Shown: piece by piece, positions 1 through 9,920 of the stretch | Layout of the letters: the number at the start of each line of letters is the position of its first letter | How positions within the stretch are numbered: the first letter of the stretch is position 1 | Assembly: GCA_963697165.1 (NCBI GenBank) | Contig: CAVOMX010000001.1 | Location: 1-64,000, forward strand | Length of the DNA: 64,000 bases | Reading direction: 5' to 3' | Origin: Candidatus Bathyarchaeota archaeon | GTDB taxonomy: Archaea > Thermoproteota > Bathyarchaeia > Bathyarchaeales > Bathyarchaeaceae | Made by a program: the position numbers and the translations under genes | The notes under the pieces: model-generated | What the model saw: only the letters and a program-made list of their open reading frames with translations | The model's database searches: none | Told to the model about the DNA's origin: nothing

Positions 1-73
1 ATTAGCAATAAGTGAAAAGTTCTATAACCGCTGAGTACAGAACCAGACTTCATAGGAAGGATTTTAATTTGAT

Positions 74-106
74 GTGTAAAAAGAAGGGATTTCTGAGGTT
101 AAACAC
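74..106. repeat. Conserved short hairpin-like repeat, copy 1 (copy 2 at 3879-3913)
   Basis: gtgtaaaaagaagggatttctgaggttaaacac versus gtgctaaaaagaagggtttgctgaggctctagcac. Confidence 0.6.
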
Positions 107-217
107 GGGAAATTACGAGAGAGAAAAAATGGAAATTCTAGACGGCAATTGTCATTTTTTTAATCGGTCTTTTTTCCGTATTTACTCCTTTTCAGTCCTT
201 TCATTTTTCAATTTTTT

Positions 218-249
218 ACTCCCAAAAAAAGGGGGAGGGAAAATTTGGT
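218..249 (-). terminator. Pyrimidine/T-rich terminator-like 3' element after PQQ gene 1
   Basis: Minus strand accaaattttccctcccccttttttttgggag directly after the stop; near-identical copy after PQQ gene 2. Confidence 0.6.
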
Positions 250-2816
250 TTATTTTCGTTTTCTGAGTACCAAGTAATGCTGATTGCAGCCTATGACTGC
301 AACAATTGCGACAGCTGCAATGCTATTGCTACTTCTGTACTGATAGAGCATGTTTCAGGTTCTATTTGTCCACCAGGTGATGTTGCTGGACCAACTGCTA
401 GATAGGTTGTTTCAGATGAGTACCAGTAAGAATCACTGATCCAAGGAAAGAGGCCATGATCTTGTATGCGCCTTCATTTGGTGGTGTCCAAACGAAACCA
501 AATGTTCCATCCATGCTGCTTAGTTGTTGTACCGATGTCAACTGTGTCACCATTTTGATCAATGCTAGTTAATAAACTGAAACACCGTTTGGTGTTGGTG
601 GATTATTTATTAGCGTTGCATTTTGTCCATGCAAATAGTCCATCCACATTACTCATGTCTTCATCAGATACTGCAGGAGTGTTTGGTGGACCAGGAGACA
701 TGTCCATTACTGAGCCCTTGAATTAGAGCCTGTGTCCTTTGGCGATGACGTCGTTGGATGCAGTGACAGTTGTTTCTGTTTTGCCTTTTCCAATGCATAT
801 TGAATTCCGTTTTCGTGTCTCTACCAATAATGTAACCGTCAGCGATAGCTGTTGGTTGAATGCCAATTGGTAATTTCCAAATGAATTTTCCGTGTAGCTT
901 CATCAATAGCAATAAGTGCATGGAATCTGGTTCTAGGCATAAGCTGATAAACAGTATCTGTTGAGAAGTATAGTATTCCATCTGCACCAACTGCTTTTCC
1001 ATTGAATGGTTGAGTACCATACATTGATTCATCTTCGTCTCCATAGTAATCACTCTTCCATACTAGTTGATCCATCGTCTAAATTGTATGCATAAACATG
1101 TCCGTCATAGCTGCCAGCATAGAAGATACCATTATGTGTACAGTATGTGTAGGGAGGTGTCATTCCCCAGGGTAATTCACCCATAGGGGCTTTCCAGATT
1201 TCATTACCTGTTTTTACGTCATAAGCGACAAAGCTTTGGGTAGCGCCATCCAATAGTATTAGAGGTCCGCTTGGTCCTCCATCAGGGTCCCTAACACCAA
1301 TGTCGAGTACAGTATTGTTGTTTCTCCATAGAAAAGCACCTGTCGTATAGTCATATCCTTCCATTATTTGCATGGCATTATGAGTTCTAACAATAATTAC
1401 GTTAGCTTCCGGAAATGGCCAAGCGCGAACACCGTAAAAGCCATTGTCGCCCACATTTACTTCGCCTTTGGTTATGTCTAATTCATGGATCTATTACAGA
1501 AATGTTCCAAACGATTCCCGTATTCCAATCATTACCAGTGACTTTACTCATATCCCATTTGATTAAGTATAGGTAATCGATGCCCATTGGTCGTGTATTG
1601 TTGAAACCAGGATTTCCCCATTCCCATATGTTTCCACCTGGAGACTGAGTTATTATAACGTATGGATTAGCGTTTGAGAAGGCTACAGTATCAATATTTG
1701 TTGGTGCGTTTTTGATAGTCTGTAGTAGATCTCCATCAAATGGATCATAACGCTTCCAGCTAGAACCTCGTGATTCCCATAATGACACGGAAATTCCTCC
1801 TTCGTTTGCTTGAGAAGCAGTTTGGAAAAATGGATCTAGGCGATGGGCATGTGTTGGATTACCTTGGGTCGTCCACAATATTTCTCCTGTTCGTAAATCA
1901 ACGCAATCGAAGAATCCTGATTTGCTGCTTTGGTAGATTTTTCCATCTAAAATAATGTTTCCATCTCCTCCGCTGCCACTGTAGGGTAGGCTGCCCCAAA
2001 TTCCACCTGGCAAGCCTCCTTGGCTAACTATGTTTGCCCATAGTATGTGCGGTGAACGGGGTGCGGTGCTGTATTCATTGTATTTAGTTATGTAATTCTG
2101 CACGGGTAATTCGCCCATAGTCCAGTCGCCTGAGATTTGGTACCATTCTCTGTTATCTGTTTGAACAGGATTTTCCCAGTAATTGTTTGGAAGTGGTGAC
2201 CAAGGCCAACCGTTAAGTAGCCTTCATTATCACTTTCTCTTGTTGTACTGTGAAGGTTGTTGCAGATTTTGTGCTGGATGGTTTGTAGTATACGCTTAGT
2301 TTAAGGCTTTGTATATGAAGTATCAGTGGTGTTGTAATCACCTCCAGAAACTTGCTGTAACCGTATATTCACCGACTTGGTAGGGTAATAGTGGAATTGT
2401 AAGTGTCCAACTATTTGGGCTAATCCGGGAATTTCTATGCCAACCGATTTGAGAGTTTCATCAACTGGCTTGAAAGTTGCTTGAAGTTCCATCTGGATGT
2501 TTGATGGTTATTTCAATGTTTCTAAGACCGCCAGGTTAGCTGGTTAGCTAAGCATCTTGTGCATCGTAGGTTGGACCTGTGGACGCAGGATAGGTCATTA
2601 TGTAGATTATTACCTCTTGACCGACTCCAAGATGTGTGGGCTTACACCTACGACTGTTGATGTGTCTCTGTCTGGCATCGGAGTGTATCCTGGTAATGTT
2701 GTCTGTGCAAAAGCAGTAGGTAAAATTGTGATCACACCAGAAATTGTTAAAAGAACTATCGCTATTATCGCAATTATCTTGTTTTTATTGTTTGTATTTT
2801 TAGTCATGTTTTCCAA
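250..2816 (-). CDS. Large secreted, C-terminally membrane-anchored PQQ-like beta-propeller repeat protein, split by multiple frameshifts
   Basis: Consecutive minus-strand fragments (2610-2816 signal peptide, 1483-2118, 1050-1454, 839-1075, 664-1053) carry propeller motifs (VDLRTGEILW, YDVKTGNEIWK, AIADGY). It ends in a TM helix plus LRKRK* (stop 250-252) and is collinear with the paralogue at 4392-7109. Confidence 0.85.
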
Positions 2817-2983
2817 TCCTTTTTAATTATTATTTTTTCGACAAAGCCTAGTTTGTTGAAACTTGTCTTTAAAACAAAGTGTAGGTAAGCCACCAACCAC
2901 AAAATTTTTAGCTATTTTTACCAACTAAAGTCTATGGGGGGATATTTGCTATTTTACGAAAAGAAGATAATGTAATTGCTCTT

Positions 2984-3772
2984 ATGAACGCAGGCTTAAC
3001 CAATATGCAAGCTAGGGTATTCATAACAGTTATTGAATTAGGTCAATCGAGCATTCATAAAATTTCTGAACTTTCAGAAATAGATAGATCAAACATTTAC
3101 AAGACAATTAAAAATCTAGAAGAACTCGAGCTAATTGAAAAAAATATAGGAATTCCAAACCTATACAATGCTGTACCATTACCAATTGCAATTTCCATAT
3201 TAACAAAAAGAAAGAAACTAGAATACACCAAAACTTTGAGAGGTCTTGAACGTTTCGCAAAAGACTCGGATACTTTTAGAAATCCTCCAATGACAGAAAA
3301 AAAAGATTATTTCAAAATATTCCCTGCTGGTTCAGAAATATTTTGTCAAAAATGGGAAAAAACCCTAATAGAGATCAAACACAGTGTCGATTTAATTGCG
3401 ACTGAGAATAGAGAACCAAAAGATCAACCAATATGGGATATTTATGTTGATCTTCTAGAGAAGGGAGTAGAAGTAAGATGGATTATAGATCGATCCAACA
3501 GAAACGATGATGAATTTGCCATGAGAGTCAAGCAGTTTCAACACCTATTTTGTTATTCTACAATAGAAATGAGAATCTGTTATGATTGCATAAAACCATG
3601 GGGAATTAATTGTGATAACGAATTTGTGATAATTTTTCTTGATGATAAACCGCCAATTAAATGTTCCAGAACTTTATGGACAAACAATGAGCCGATTCTG
3701 TTAAATTTCAAAGAACATTTCGAAACAAACTGGAAAAAAGCAATTCCTTACCCGGTCATTATTGAAGAATAA
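2984..3772 (+). CDS. TrmB-family transcriptional regulator
   Basis: N-terminal HTH (GLTNMQARVF...ISELSEIDRSNIYKTIKNLEELELIEK...YNAVP) plus C-terminal effector/PLD-like domain (LLEKGVEVRWI...LWTNN...FETNW). True start may be slightly upstream. Confidence 0.85.
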   Translation: MNAGLTNMQARVFITVIELGQSSIHKISELSEIDRSNIYKTIKNLEELELIEKNIGIPNLYNAVPLPIAISILTKRKKLEYTKTLRGLERFAKDSDTFRNPPMTEKKDYFKIFPAGSEIFCQKWEKTLIEIKHSVDLIATENREPKDQPIWDIYVDLLEKGVEVRWIIDRSNRNDDEFAMRVKQFQHLFCYSTIEMRICYDCIKPWGINCDNEFVIIFLDDKPPIKCSRTLWTNNEPILLNFKEHFETNWKKAIPYPVIIEE

Positions 3773-3878
3773 CAGTATAGTTGATAACTAAGAATGGATG
3801 TCTTCTAAAAATCCCAATTTTTTCAGGCTTTCATAAATTAAATATTTTTTTACAAAAGAGTAGACTAAGGAAGTCTGA

Positions 3879-3913
3879 GTGCTAAAAAGAAGGGTTTGCT
3901 GAGGCTCTAGCAC
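3879..3913. repeat. Conserved short hairpin-like repeat, copy 2
   Basis: Similar to 74-106; closing stem gtgcta/tagcac. Confidence 0.6.
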
Positions 3914-4088
3914 AGTTGTTGATGAGTAAGGTCACATTCAACCTTTTTTCAAGGGGAAAGAATGTGTGCTCCTGTGCTTCCTTTTCAGCCCCTTCTGTCC
4001 TCTTGGTAGTTCCAAAAAAGAGGGAAAATTTTTTGTCGTATTGTCTGAATAAATTTGCACCATTCCAAAGCATTATTCAAGTCTTTTT

Positions 4089-4280
4089 CTATTGTTCCAA
4101 TCTTCTGTCTGCTGAATCGTGCTCACTTTCTATTTCGGAGACTTCTTTTCTGATGACAATTTTTGTTTCTTTCTCTGTAAAGCTCTCTTCTGGTCCGCAA
4201 TAGACGAGTTTAAAATCTGGAACCCTATGATGCCAAACCCCACTCTTACGTTTCCGACCCCCCATCCAAAAACCTCCCAA
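4089..4280 (-). CDS. Small hypothetical protein (possible element remnant)
   Basis: 63-aa ORF with a charged, plausible composition; no recognisable family. Confidence 0.3.
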   Translation of the reverse strand: MGGFWMGGRKRKSGVWHHRVPDFKLVYCGPEESFTEKETKIVIRKEVSEIESEHDSADRRLEQ

Positions 4281-4360
4281 AAAACCAAATCATGCTCATT
4301 ATTCTCCTTTCCACTTTAACCAATCAAACCTCCTTTCAATCCTCAAATTTCTAATCGGTT

Positions 4361-4391
4361 ACTCCCCACAAAAAAGGGGAGGGAAATTGGT
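4361..4391 (-). terminator. Pyrimidine/T-rich terminator-like 3' element after PQQ gene 2
   Basis: Minus strand accaatttccctccccttttttgtggggag after stop 4392-4394; matches 218-249. Confidence 0.6.
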
Positions 4392-7109
4392 TTATTTTCG
4401 TTTCTTTAGTGCCCAGAAGCTAACTGCGCCAATGATGCTGGCTACTGCAACGGCTGCGATGATTGCAACTTCTGTGGTTATCAAAGGTGTTTCAGGTGTC
4501 GGCTCTGGCGAAGGCGAAGGTGATGGTTCAGGCGATGGTGAAGGCTCAGGAGATGGTGATGGCGAAGGTGAAGGCGATGGTGAAGGTGAAGGTGAAGGTG
4601 ATGGTGATGGTTCAGGCTCTATTGTACCTCCGATGAAGGTGCTGGACCTACTGTTACCCAGGTTGTAGCTGATGAGCTTCCATAAGACTCGTCACCTGCA
4701 AAAGAGGCAATGATCTTGTATGTTCCTTCCGCAGTTGGAGTCCACGCATGACCAAAAGTGCCAGAGTAGCCATCTGTTATAACCGTACCAATGTCAATCG
4801 CGGAACCATCTTCATCTATAGCTGTCAATGCCACAGGAACACCAGTTATTACTTCATCACCCTTGATTCCATCGATTGGCATCTGCATATGTAAGTACTC
4901 CATTTGTAAGGTCATCGAGTCTTTGGACACACATGGAGTACCTGGCTGAGCAGGGGACATGTCAAGTACTGTTCCCTTTATTGTGAAGCCAGTTCCTTTT
5001 GGCACGTTAATATCAGGAGCTGTGATTGTGGTAGTGGTTTTGCCCTTGCCATAAACATACATATATCCTGTATATGCATCAGAAATTGCCATGTATCCGT
5101 CAGCAATTGCACCTTGAAATACTCGAGAGCGATCGGATAATCCAGTTAGACCCGTAGTTATATTCCATATTGGCTCGCCTGTATAAACATCTATACAGTG
5201 GAGTTTCCAGCCTCGGGTGATTGGTTGAGGTGCTGTGTGTTCAGCGTTTATTATGTAGAGTTTTCCATCAGCAACTTTACCCGTGGTATGCCATGAGTAT
5301 ATTCCTTCGCCATCTGGTCCGGTATATGGAGTTTCAAATTGGAATGGTGTTTCGTATGTGTACATCCATGCTGTTTCGCCTGTTTCCCAATCAATGGCGT
5401 GAATACCGTCATATTGAGGTGAAATGTACATTCCACCAAATGACATTGCATTATATGTTCCAAAGGTTGCCCATGGCCAAGATGTTGGTTCAGCTGTCCA
5501 TAGGTGATTTCCCGTGTGTAGATCCCAACAACGAACCGTGGCATCAAGGAAGCGAAGGGCTACTTTTCCTTGATCTGCAATTGTCTGGCGACTACTGAAA
5601 AGTCGAATACCGACTCCTGCGTCCTTGCTCCATAAGACTTCGCCAGTTAATAGACTTACAGCTTCGAGATGTTCATCCATTACGTCATCGTTTTGACCAG
5701 GTTTAGTAACGGTAGTTGAGTCAAAAGCTATCATCGACTCGAAATCTTGCGAATCACCTAAGTTACTCCATGGCCACGTTATGTTACTCATTACTTGAAA
5801 TTCAGTTAAGCCAGTTGTAGGACCCCTGCCTACAGTCCAATTGATCAACCGCCGGTTTCCCCCCCCAAGGTTTTGTACGCTCAAAAGGAAGGGATCAGCA
5901 TAAAGTTCTCCTGATGTCAAGGGTGCAATTGAAGCGTTAACAGTCACTGCGCCGGTCCATGGATCATATTTTATGTATTGACCATCTCCGACATACAGAA
6001 GATCGATGCTCATGCTTCCTGCATAAGCTACGTTCCCAGCTACAGCCTCAGCGTCCTGTTCGGTATATGTGATCATTGTAGGTATTCTTTCGCGATAGAC
6101 TGGTCCGAAAATATTTTCGCCTATTTGTGTTCTTGGTGCAATCTGTTCCCAAATTACTTCTCCTGTTCGTATATCATAGCACTGCCATACATGTGTTGGT
6201 GCGCCCGCTACCACTTTATCAAAGTCTTGGTATGCCATTCCATTATAGATGATTCGTGGATAATTATTGAAGGGAATGTAATAATCGGAGAATTGTCCCA
6301 TTGTTCCTCCCACTAGACCTGCACTGGTTCCTTGTTTTTTCCATACTATGTGGGCTGTGTTTGGTGCTTGAACGTAGGGAGTGAAATCATAGTCGCTCAT
6401 GTATCGATTTGTGTCAGCTGGCCATACGTCGCCTCCTCCTACCACTCCTGTTTCAGGGAAGTTTCCTAGAATTGGCCACCATTCTCTGTTCGTTGGATGT
6501 ACTGGTCGTGTCCAGTAGTCTGTTGGGAGTTCGGATGCTGGCCATGATTCGACTATTTCTTCTTGTACCACAAGATCGCGTGGTCCGTCTGAGGCGGGTT
6601 TATAGTAGACCGAATATGTTTCTTCTGTGGTTACGTCAGCATAGCCGAGGCGTCTTCTTGTATAGTTTCCTGCAGGGAAGTATCCTCCAGGGAAGTCAAA
6701 CTTGATTGTCCATGTACCAACTTCGTCGGCGATCCATTCAAACCATGCTGTTGCGTCTCCTTCATAGGAATCCATTGTAACTACATGCTCGTTGACCACT
6801 GGGTTTTGTGATCGTCACTGTGTAATCTGAAAGGTGTTTAAAATTTGCTGTTGATGGGGTAATCCATATGTTAACTAGAAAGATTTGTCCTAGTCCTATT
6901 GTTGTAGGTCTAAAACTTAGGTGTGCAAAGGTATTTTGAGTTATGTCAGGAGTTACGCCAGCAGGTAATGGAATCGATCCTCCGTTAATGTATTGATTAT
7001 CGTATGTTTGGGCATGTGTTGGAGTTATTGTGAATATAGCAGAAACCATTAGAAGAAACACTAGAGTTAATACTGTTATCAATTTTGTTTTGTTTATTGA
7101 AATTTGCAT
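4392..7109 (-). CDS. Large secreted, membrane-anchored PQQ-like beta-propeller repeat protein (about 2 frameshifts)
   Basis: Signal peptide ORF 6762-7109, 726-aa body 4619-6799 with repeated propeller blades (YDIRTGEVIW, WDLHTGNHLW, IDVYTGEPIW, AIADGY), Ig-like tail, then a Pro/Ser linker, TM helix and LKKRK*. Confidence 0.9.
4495..4620 (-). repeat. Low-complexity coding repeat encoding an (SP)n/EPSP linker
   Basis: Tandem ggtgaa/ggcgat/ggtgat hexamers on + strand, read as EPEPSPSPSP...EPTPETP on the minus strand. Confidence 0.85.
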
Positions 7110-7480
7110 ATTTTTTCTCCTTTTTAGTTTTTTCCATCTTTCATTTTTTATTGTTTTTGGGAAAACGATTTAATCTAAAAACTCCTACTCGTTCCCCCAA
7201 GAATATTATGTTGTAGCCAAATTATATTTAACATTAAGTATCAGCCCCTGACTGACAACTTCTGAATCATTAATATCCGTTAAATAAGATTGGGAGAAAC
7301 AAATTTTTTCTCGTGCCTATAAGAAAGTGTTTTAACGGTTAAGATGGAAATGTCGTTTTCTGCAAACTCCTTTTTGTGTTAAAATTCATTAATATGTCCG
7401 ATAGAGAACATATATTAGGATTGATTCACCACTATTAGTGGTAAATACTCTTCAGGTTTGAGGAATCTGGAGGGGCACAT

Positions 7481-7731
7481 TTGGATCTGCGATTACTTAG
7501 AAGAAGAACAGAGATGCTTGATGCTGTTTGTACTGGTCTTCATCCTTCTGCTGTGATTTTTCAGTTGGCTGAGAAGTATGGTGTTTCTGAGAAGGCTTTG
7601 TGGAGTGATTGGTTACGGAGGAAGAAGTGGGTTCCGTTTTTGTTGGAGTTGGAGAAGTTTAGTGATTTTTCGGGGATGGTTGTGGAGAGGTTGAACGGTG
7701 TTCAGAAGGCTGCTTGGAGCATCTACCTAAA
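7481..7731 (+). pseudogene. N-terminal part of an HTH-like hypothetical protein, apparently truncated and joined to an integrase remnant
   Basis: QLAEKYGVSEKALWSDW HTH-like motif; sequence switches into integrase coding at ctacctaaa (7723-7731). Confidence 0.5.
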
Positions 7732-8100
7732 ACCAGCGATTACATATTTAATCCCAACATTTTCACTATGAGAAAAGGCTTCCAGAAACAACGAAAAAGA
7801 AGTGTCAAGACTCTTCAGAATCCCAGATTGAAACAAATACATTTTCATACTTTACGACACTGGAAAGCAACAATGGAGTATCACAAAACCAAAGACATCT
7901 TACACGTTAAACGATTGCTAGGTCATAAAAAGATTGAAAACACCGAGATTTACACGCATCTTATCAATTTTGAAAGTGACGAGTGGAATGTAGCTACTGC
8001 TTCAACTTTGGTTGAAGAAACTAAACTGTTGGAGGCCGGATTTCAGTATGTGCGATATAGTGAAAAAGACGAATTGGCTATATATCGGAAGCGAAAGTAG
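7723..8100 (+). mobile_element. C-terminal fragment of a tyrosine recombinase/site-specific integrase
   Basis: FHTLRHW...LLGHKKIENTEIY retains HxxR, H and catalytic Y. The N-terminal part including the first catalytic Arg is missing. Ends 19 bp before a tRNA. Confidence 0.9.
8079..8085 (+). promoter_or_regulatory. Candidate TATA box for tRNA-Glu, inside the integrase 3' end
   Basis: TATATAT within codons GCT ATA TAT, about 35-40 nt upstream of the mature tRNA 5' end. Confidence 0.4.
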
Positions 8101-8119
8101 GTAGAGTAGTACTATTTGG

Positions 8120-8197
8120 GCTCCGGTAGTATAGTCCGGTTAAGTATGGCGGCCTCTCGAGTCGCCGACCCGGGTTCGAATCCCGGCCGGAGCACCA
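8120..8197 (+). tRNA. tRNA-Glu (anticodon CTC), intronless, CCA encoded
   Basis: Acceptor GCTCCGG/CCGGAGC, anticodon arm GCGGC-CT-CTC-GA-GTCGC, T arm CCGGG-TTCGAAT-CCCGG, terminal ACCA. Confidence 0.97.
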
Positions 8198-8383
8198 TAT
8201 ATTTATTTTCTAACTTTTCAGGAAAAAAGGCTGTTAACAAAGCTAAAAAATAACTAATTTTATCTTGTGTTGAAAAAGACTGTTTTCAACAATCAGCTGT
8301 TATCAGTATCCTAATATGAATGTTGAAACGTTCACGTATGACCGCTTCAACTCGAAAAAACCGGAGTTAAAAAAAGAGATGTT

Positions 8384-8635
8384 TTAGGTTTTGCCTATGT
8401 GGGTTTTAGCTACTATTAATGTAGCGGTTTGAAAGATGTCGGGTAACACTCTTAGTTTATCGGTTAGAAACTCGTTTAGCTGACCTAAAGTTTCGGTGTT
8501 TACTTGGAGTAGGGCATCGTATTCTCCATATGTCATGCTTACTCTTGTGACTTCTTGGAAGAATGCAGCTTTTTTCAGGATATTGTTCTCGGTACCCGGA
8601 TTCAGCGTAACTAACACATATGCTAAGACAGCCAT
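8384..8635 (-). CDS. Lrp/AsnC ligand-binding (RAM) domain protein
   Basis: AYVLVTLNPG...TYGEYDALL...TATLIV stand-alone RAM pattern; start taken at MAVLAY. Confidence 0.85.
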   Translation of the reverse strand: MAVLAYVLVTLNPGTENNILKKAAFFQEVTRVSMTYGEYDALLQVNTETLGQLNEFLTDKLRVLPDIFQTATLIVAKTHIGKT

Positions 8636-8719
8636 CTGAATTCCCCGCTTAACACAAGGCAGCATCGAAGAACATTAACCTTTTGCATAACAACCGCTTA
8701 AAAGGGAACAGACGATAGG

Positions 8720-9709
8720 TTACAGAGATTTAGCCACTAGTTCTTGTGCCAGAGCAGCTGCCCCGATTGCCCCTGCATCGCCGCCCAACGCAGCTTTTAC
8801 AATCTTTAGATTTTCAACAGCAGCCTCTAACGCCATAGTTGGAACAATATCTTTCACTATCGAAATCAACTCAGGAATACCCTCAACAACACCGCCCCCA
8901 AGAACAACAAGACAGGGATTGAAAGCATTAACGATGCTAACCACTCCAGCAGCCAAATATCGACCAGTCTCCTCCACCAACAGCCGAGCCAACAAATCGC
9001 CTTCACGGTAAGCTTGACTAACTGTAACCGCCGTAACTTGATCAACACTACCCGCCAAAGACAACAAACTTCGTCCCTCATGCGACAAAGTTCTAATGGC
9101 CTCTTGGGCACGCTCAGCAATTGCCCAGCCACCCGCATAAGCCTCCAAACAACCCTTGTTTGGGCAGCGGCACTTTCGCCCATCAGAAACAATTGTAATG
9201 TGTCCCAACTCGCCGCCACTGTTTGTGCAACCCGAAAGAACGTTTCCGCCGCTTATCACGCCTCCACCTACACCAGTGCCCACAAAAAGAACAGCCAAAT
9301 CATCTACTCCCATTCCTGAGCCATAACGCCACTCACCCCAAGCCGCTGCACGAACATCATTAGTCACAAACACAGGCAAACCAAACTGTTTCTCCAGCAT
9401 CATCTTTAACGGAACGTTTCGCCAACCCAAATTGGGAGAACCACGCACAACTCCCTCGAGGTCCACTTGGGCGGCTACTCCGATTCCAAGAGCCTCAGCT
9501 TTTAGACCAGTTTCGTTGAGGCACAGGTTTATGCCGGTTGAGATGTCATCAATGACCCTGTTTGGCTCCTTGTCGGGACGTATATGCGACTTGTGGGCGC
9601 ACAAAAGACGACCTGCAGCATCCACTAAAACCACATTAACTTTGGTGCCTCCAAGATCAACACCCAACATAAGATGCTCATCCATCTTTTGAACCACCAT
9701 TTTTCCCAC
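8720..9709 (-). CDS. ROK-family sugar kinase (glucokinase-like)
   Basis: GVDLGGT, NDVRAAAWGE, GTGVGGG, GELGH, CRCPNKGCLE. Confidence 0.92.
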   Translation of the reverse strand: MGKMVVQKMDEHLMLGVDLGGTKVNVVLVDAAGRLLCAHKSHIRPDKEPNRVIDDISTGINLCLNETGLKAEALGIGVAAQVDLEGVVRGSPNLGWRNVPLKMMLEKQFGLPVFVTNDVRAAAWGEWRYGSGMGVDDLAVLFVGTGVGGGVISGGNVLSGCTNSGGELGHITIVSDGRKCRCPNKGCLEAYAGGWAIAERAQEAIRTLSHEGRSLLSLAGSVDQVTAVTVSQAYREGDLLARLLVEETGRYLAAGVVSIVNAFNPCLVVLGGGVVEGIPELISIVKDIVPTMALEAAVENLKIVKAALGGDAGAIGAAALAQELVAKSL

Positions 9710-9920
9710 CTATAAACTACACTTAGCGCACAAAACCTAAACTGCGTAACCTGCTTAAATCAAGTTCAAAGGCTATTGATCCAATAAACGTTAGTAAGAA
9801 AAACAAATTAACTTTTCTACAAAACAAAAGAAACATACAATTCTATAAATCATCAAAAAATACGAATTACGCAATAAACAAAAAATAGAAAGAAAAAAGA
9901 AAAAGGTTTAACTACTTTTT

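Noticed and set aside
4387..4668. Plus-strand GEGDG-repeat ORF
   Set aside because: Antisense shadow of the Pro/Ser linker and TM tail of the PQQ gene
1..8119. Second att site (partial tRNA-Glu duplicate)
   Set aside because: No copy seen within the window; the element boundary presumably lies outside
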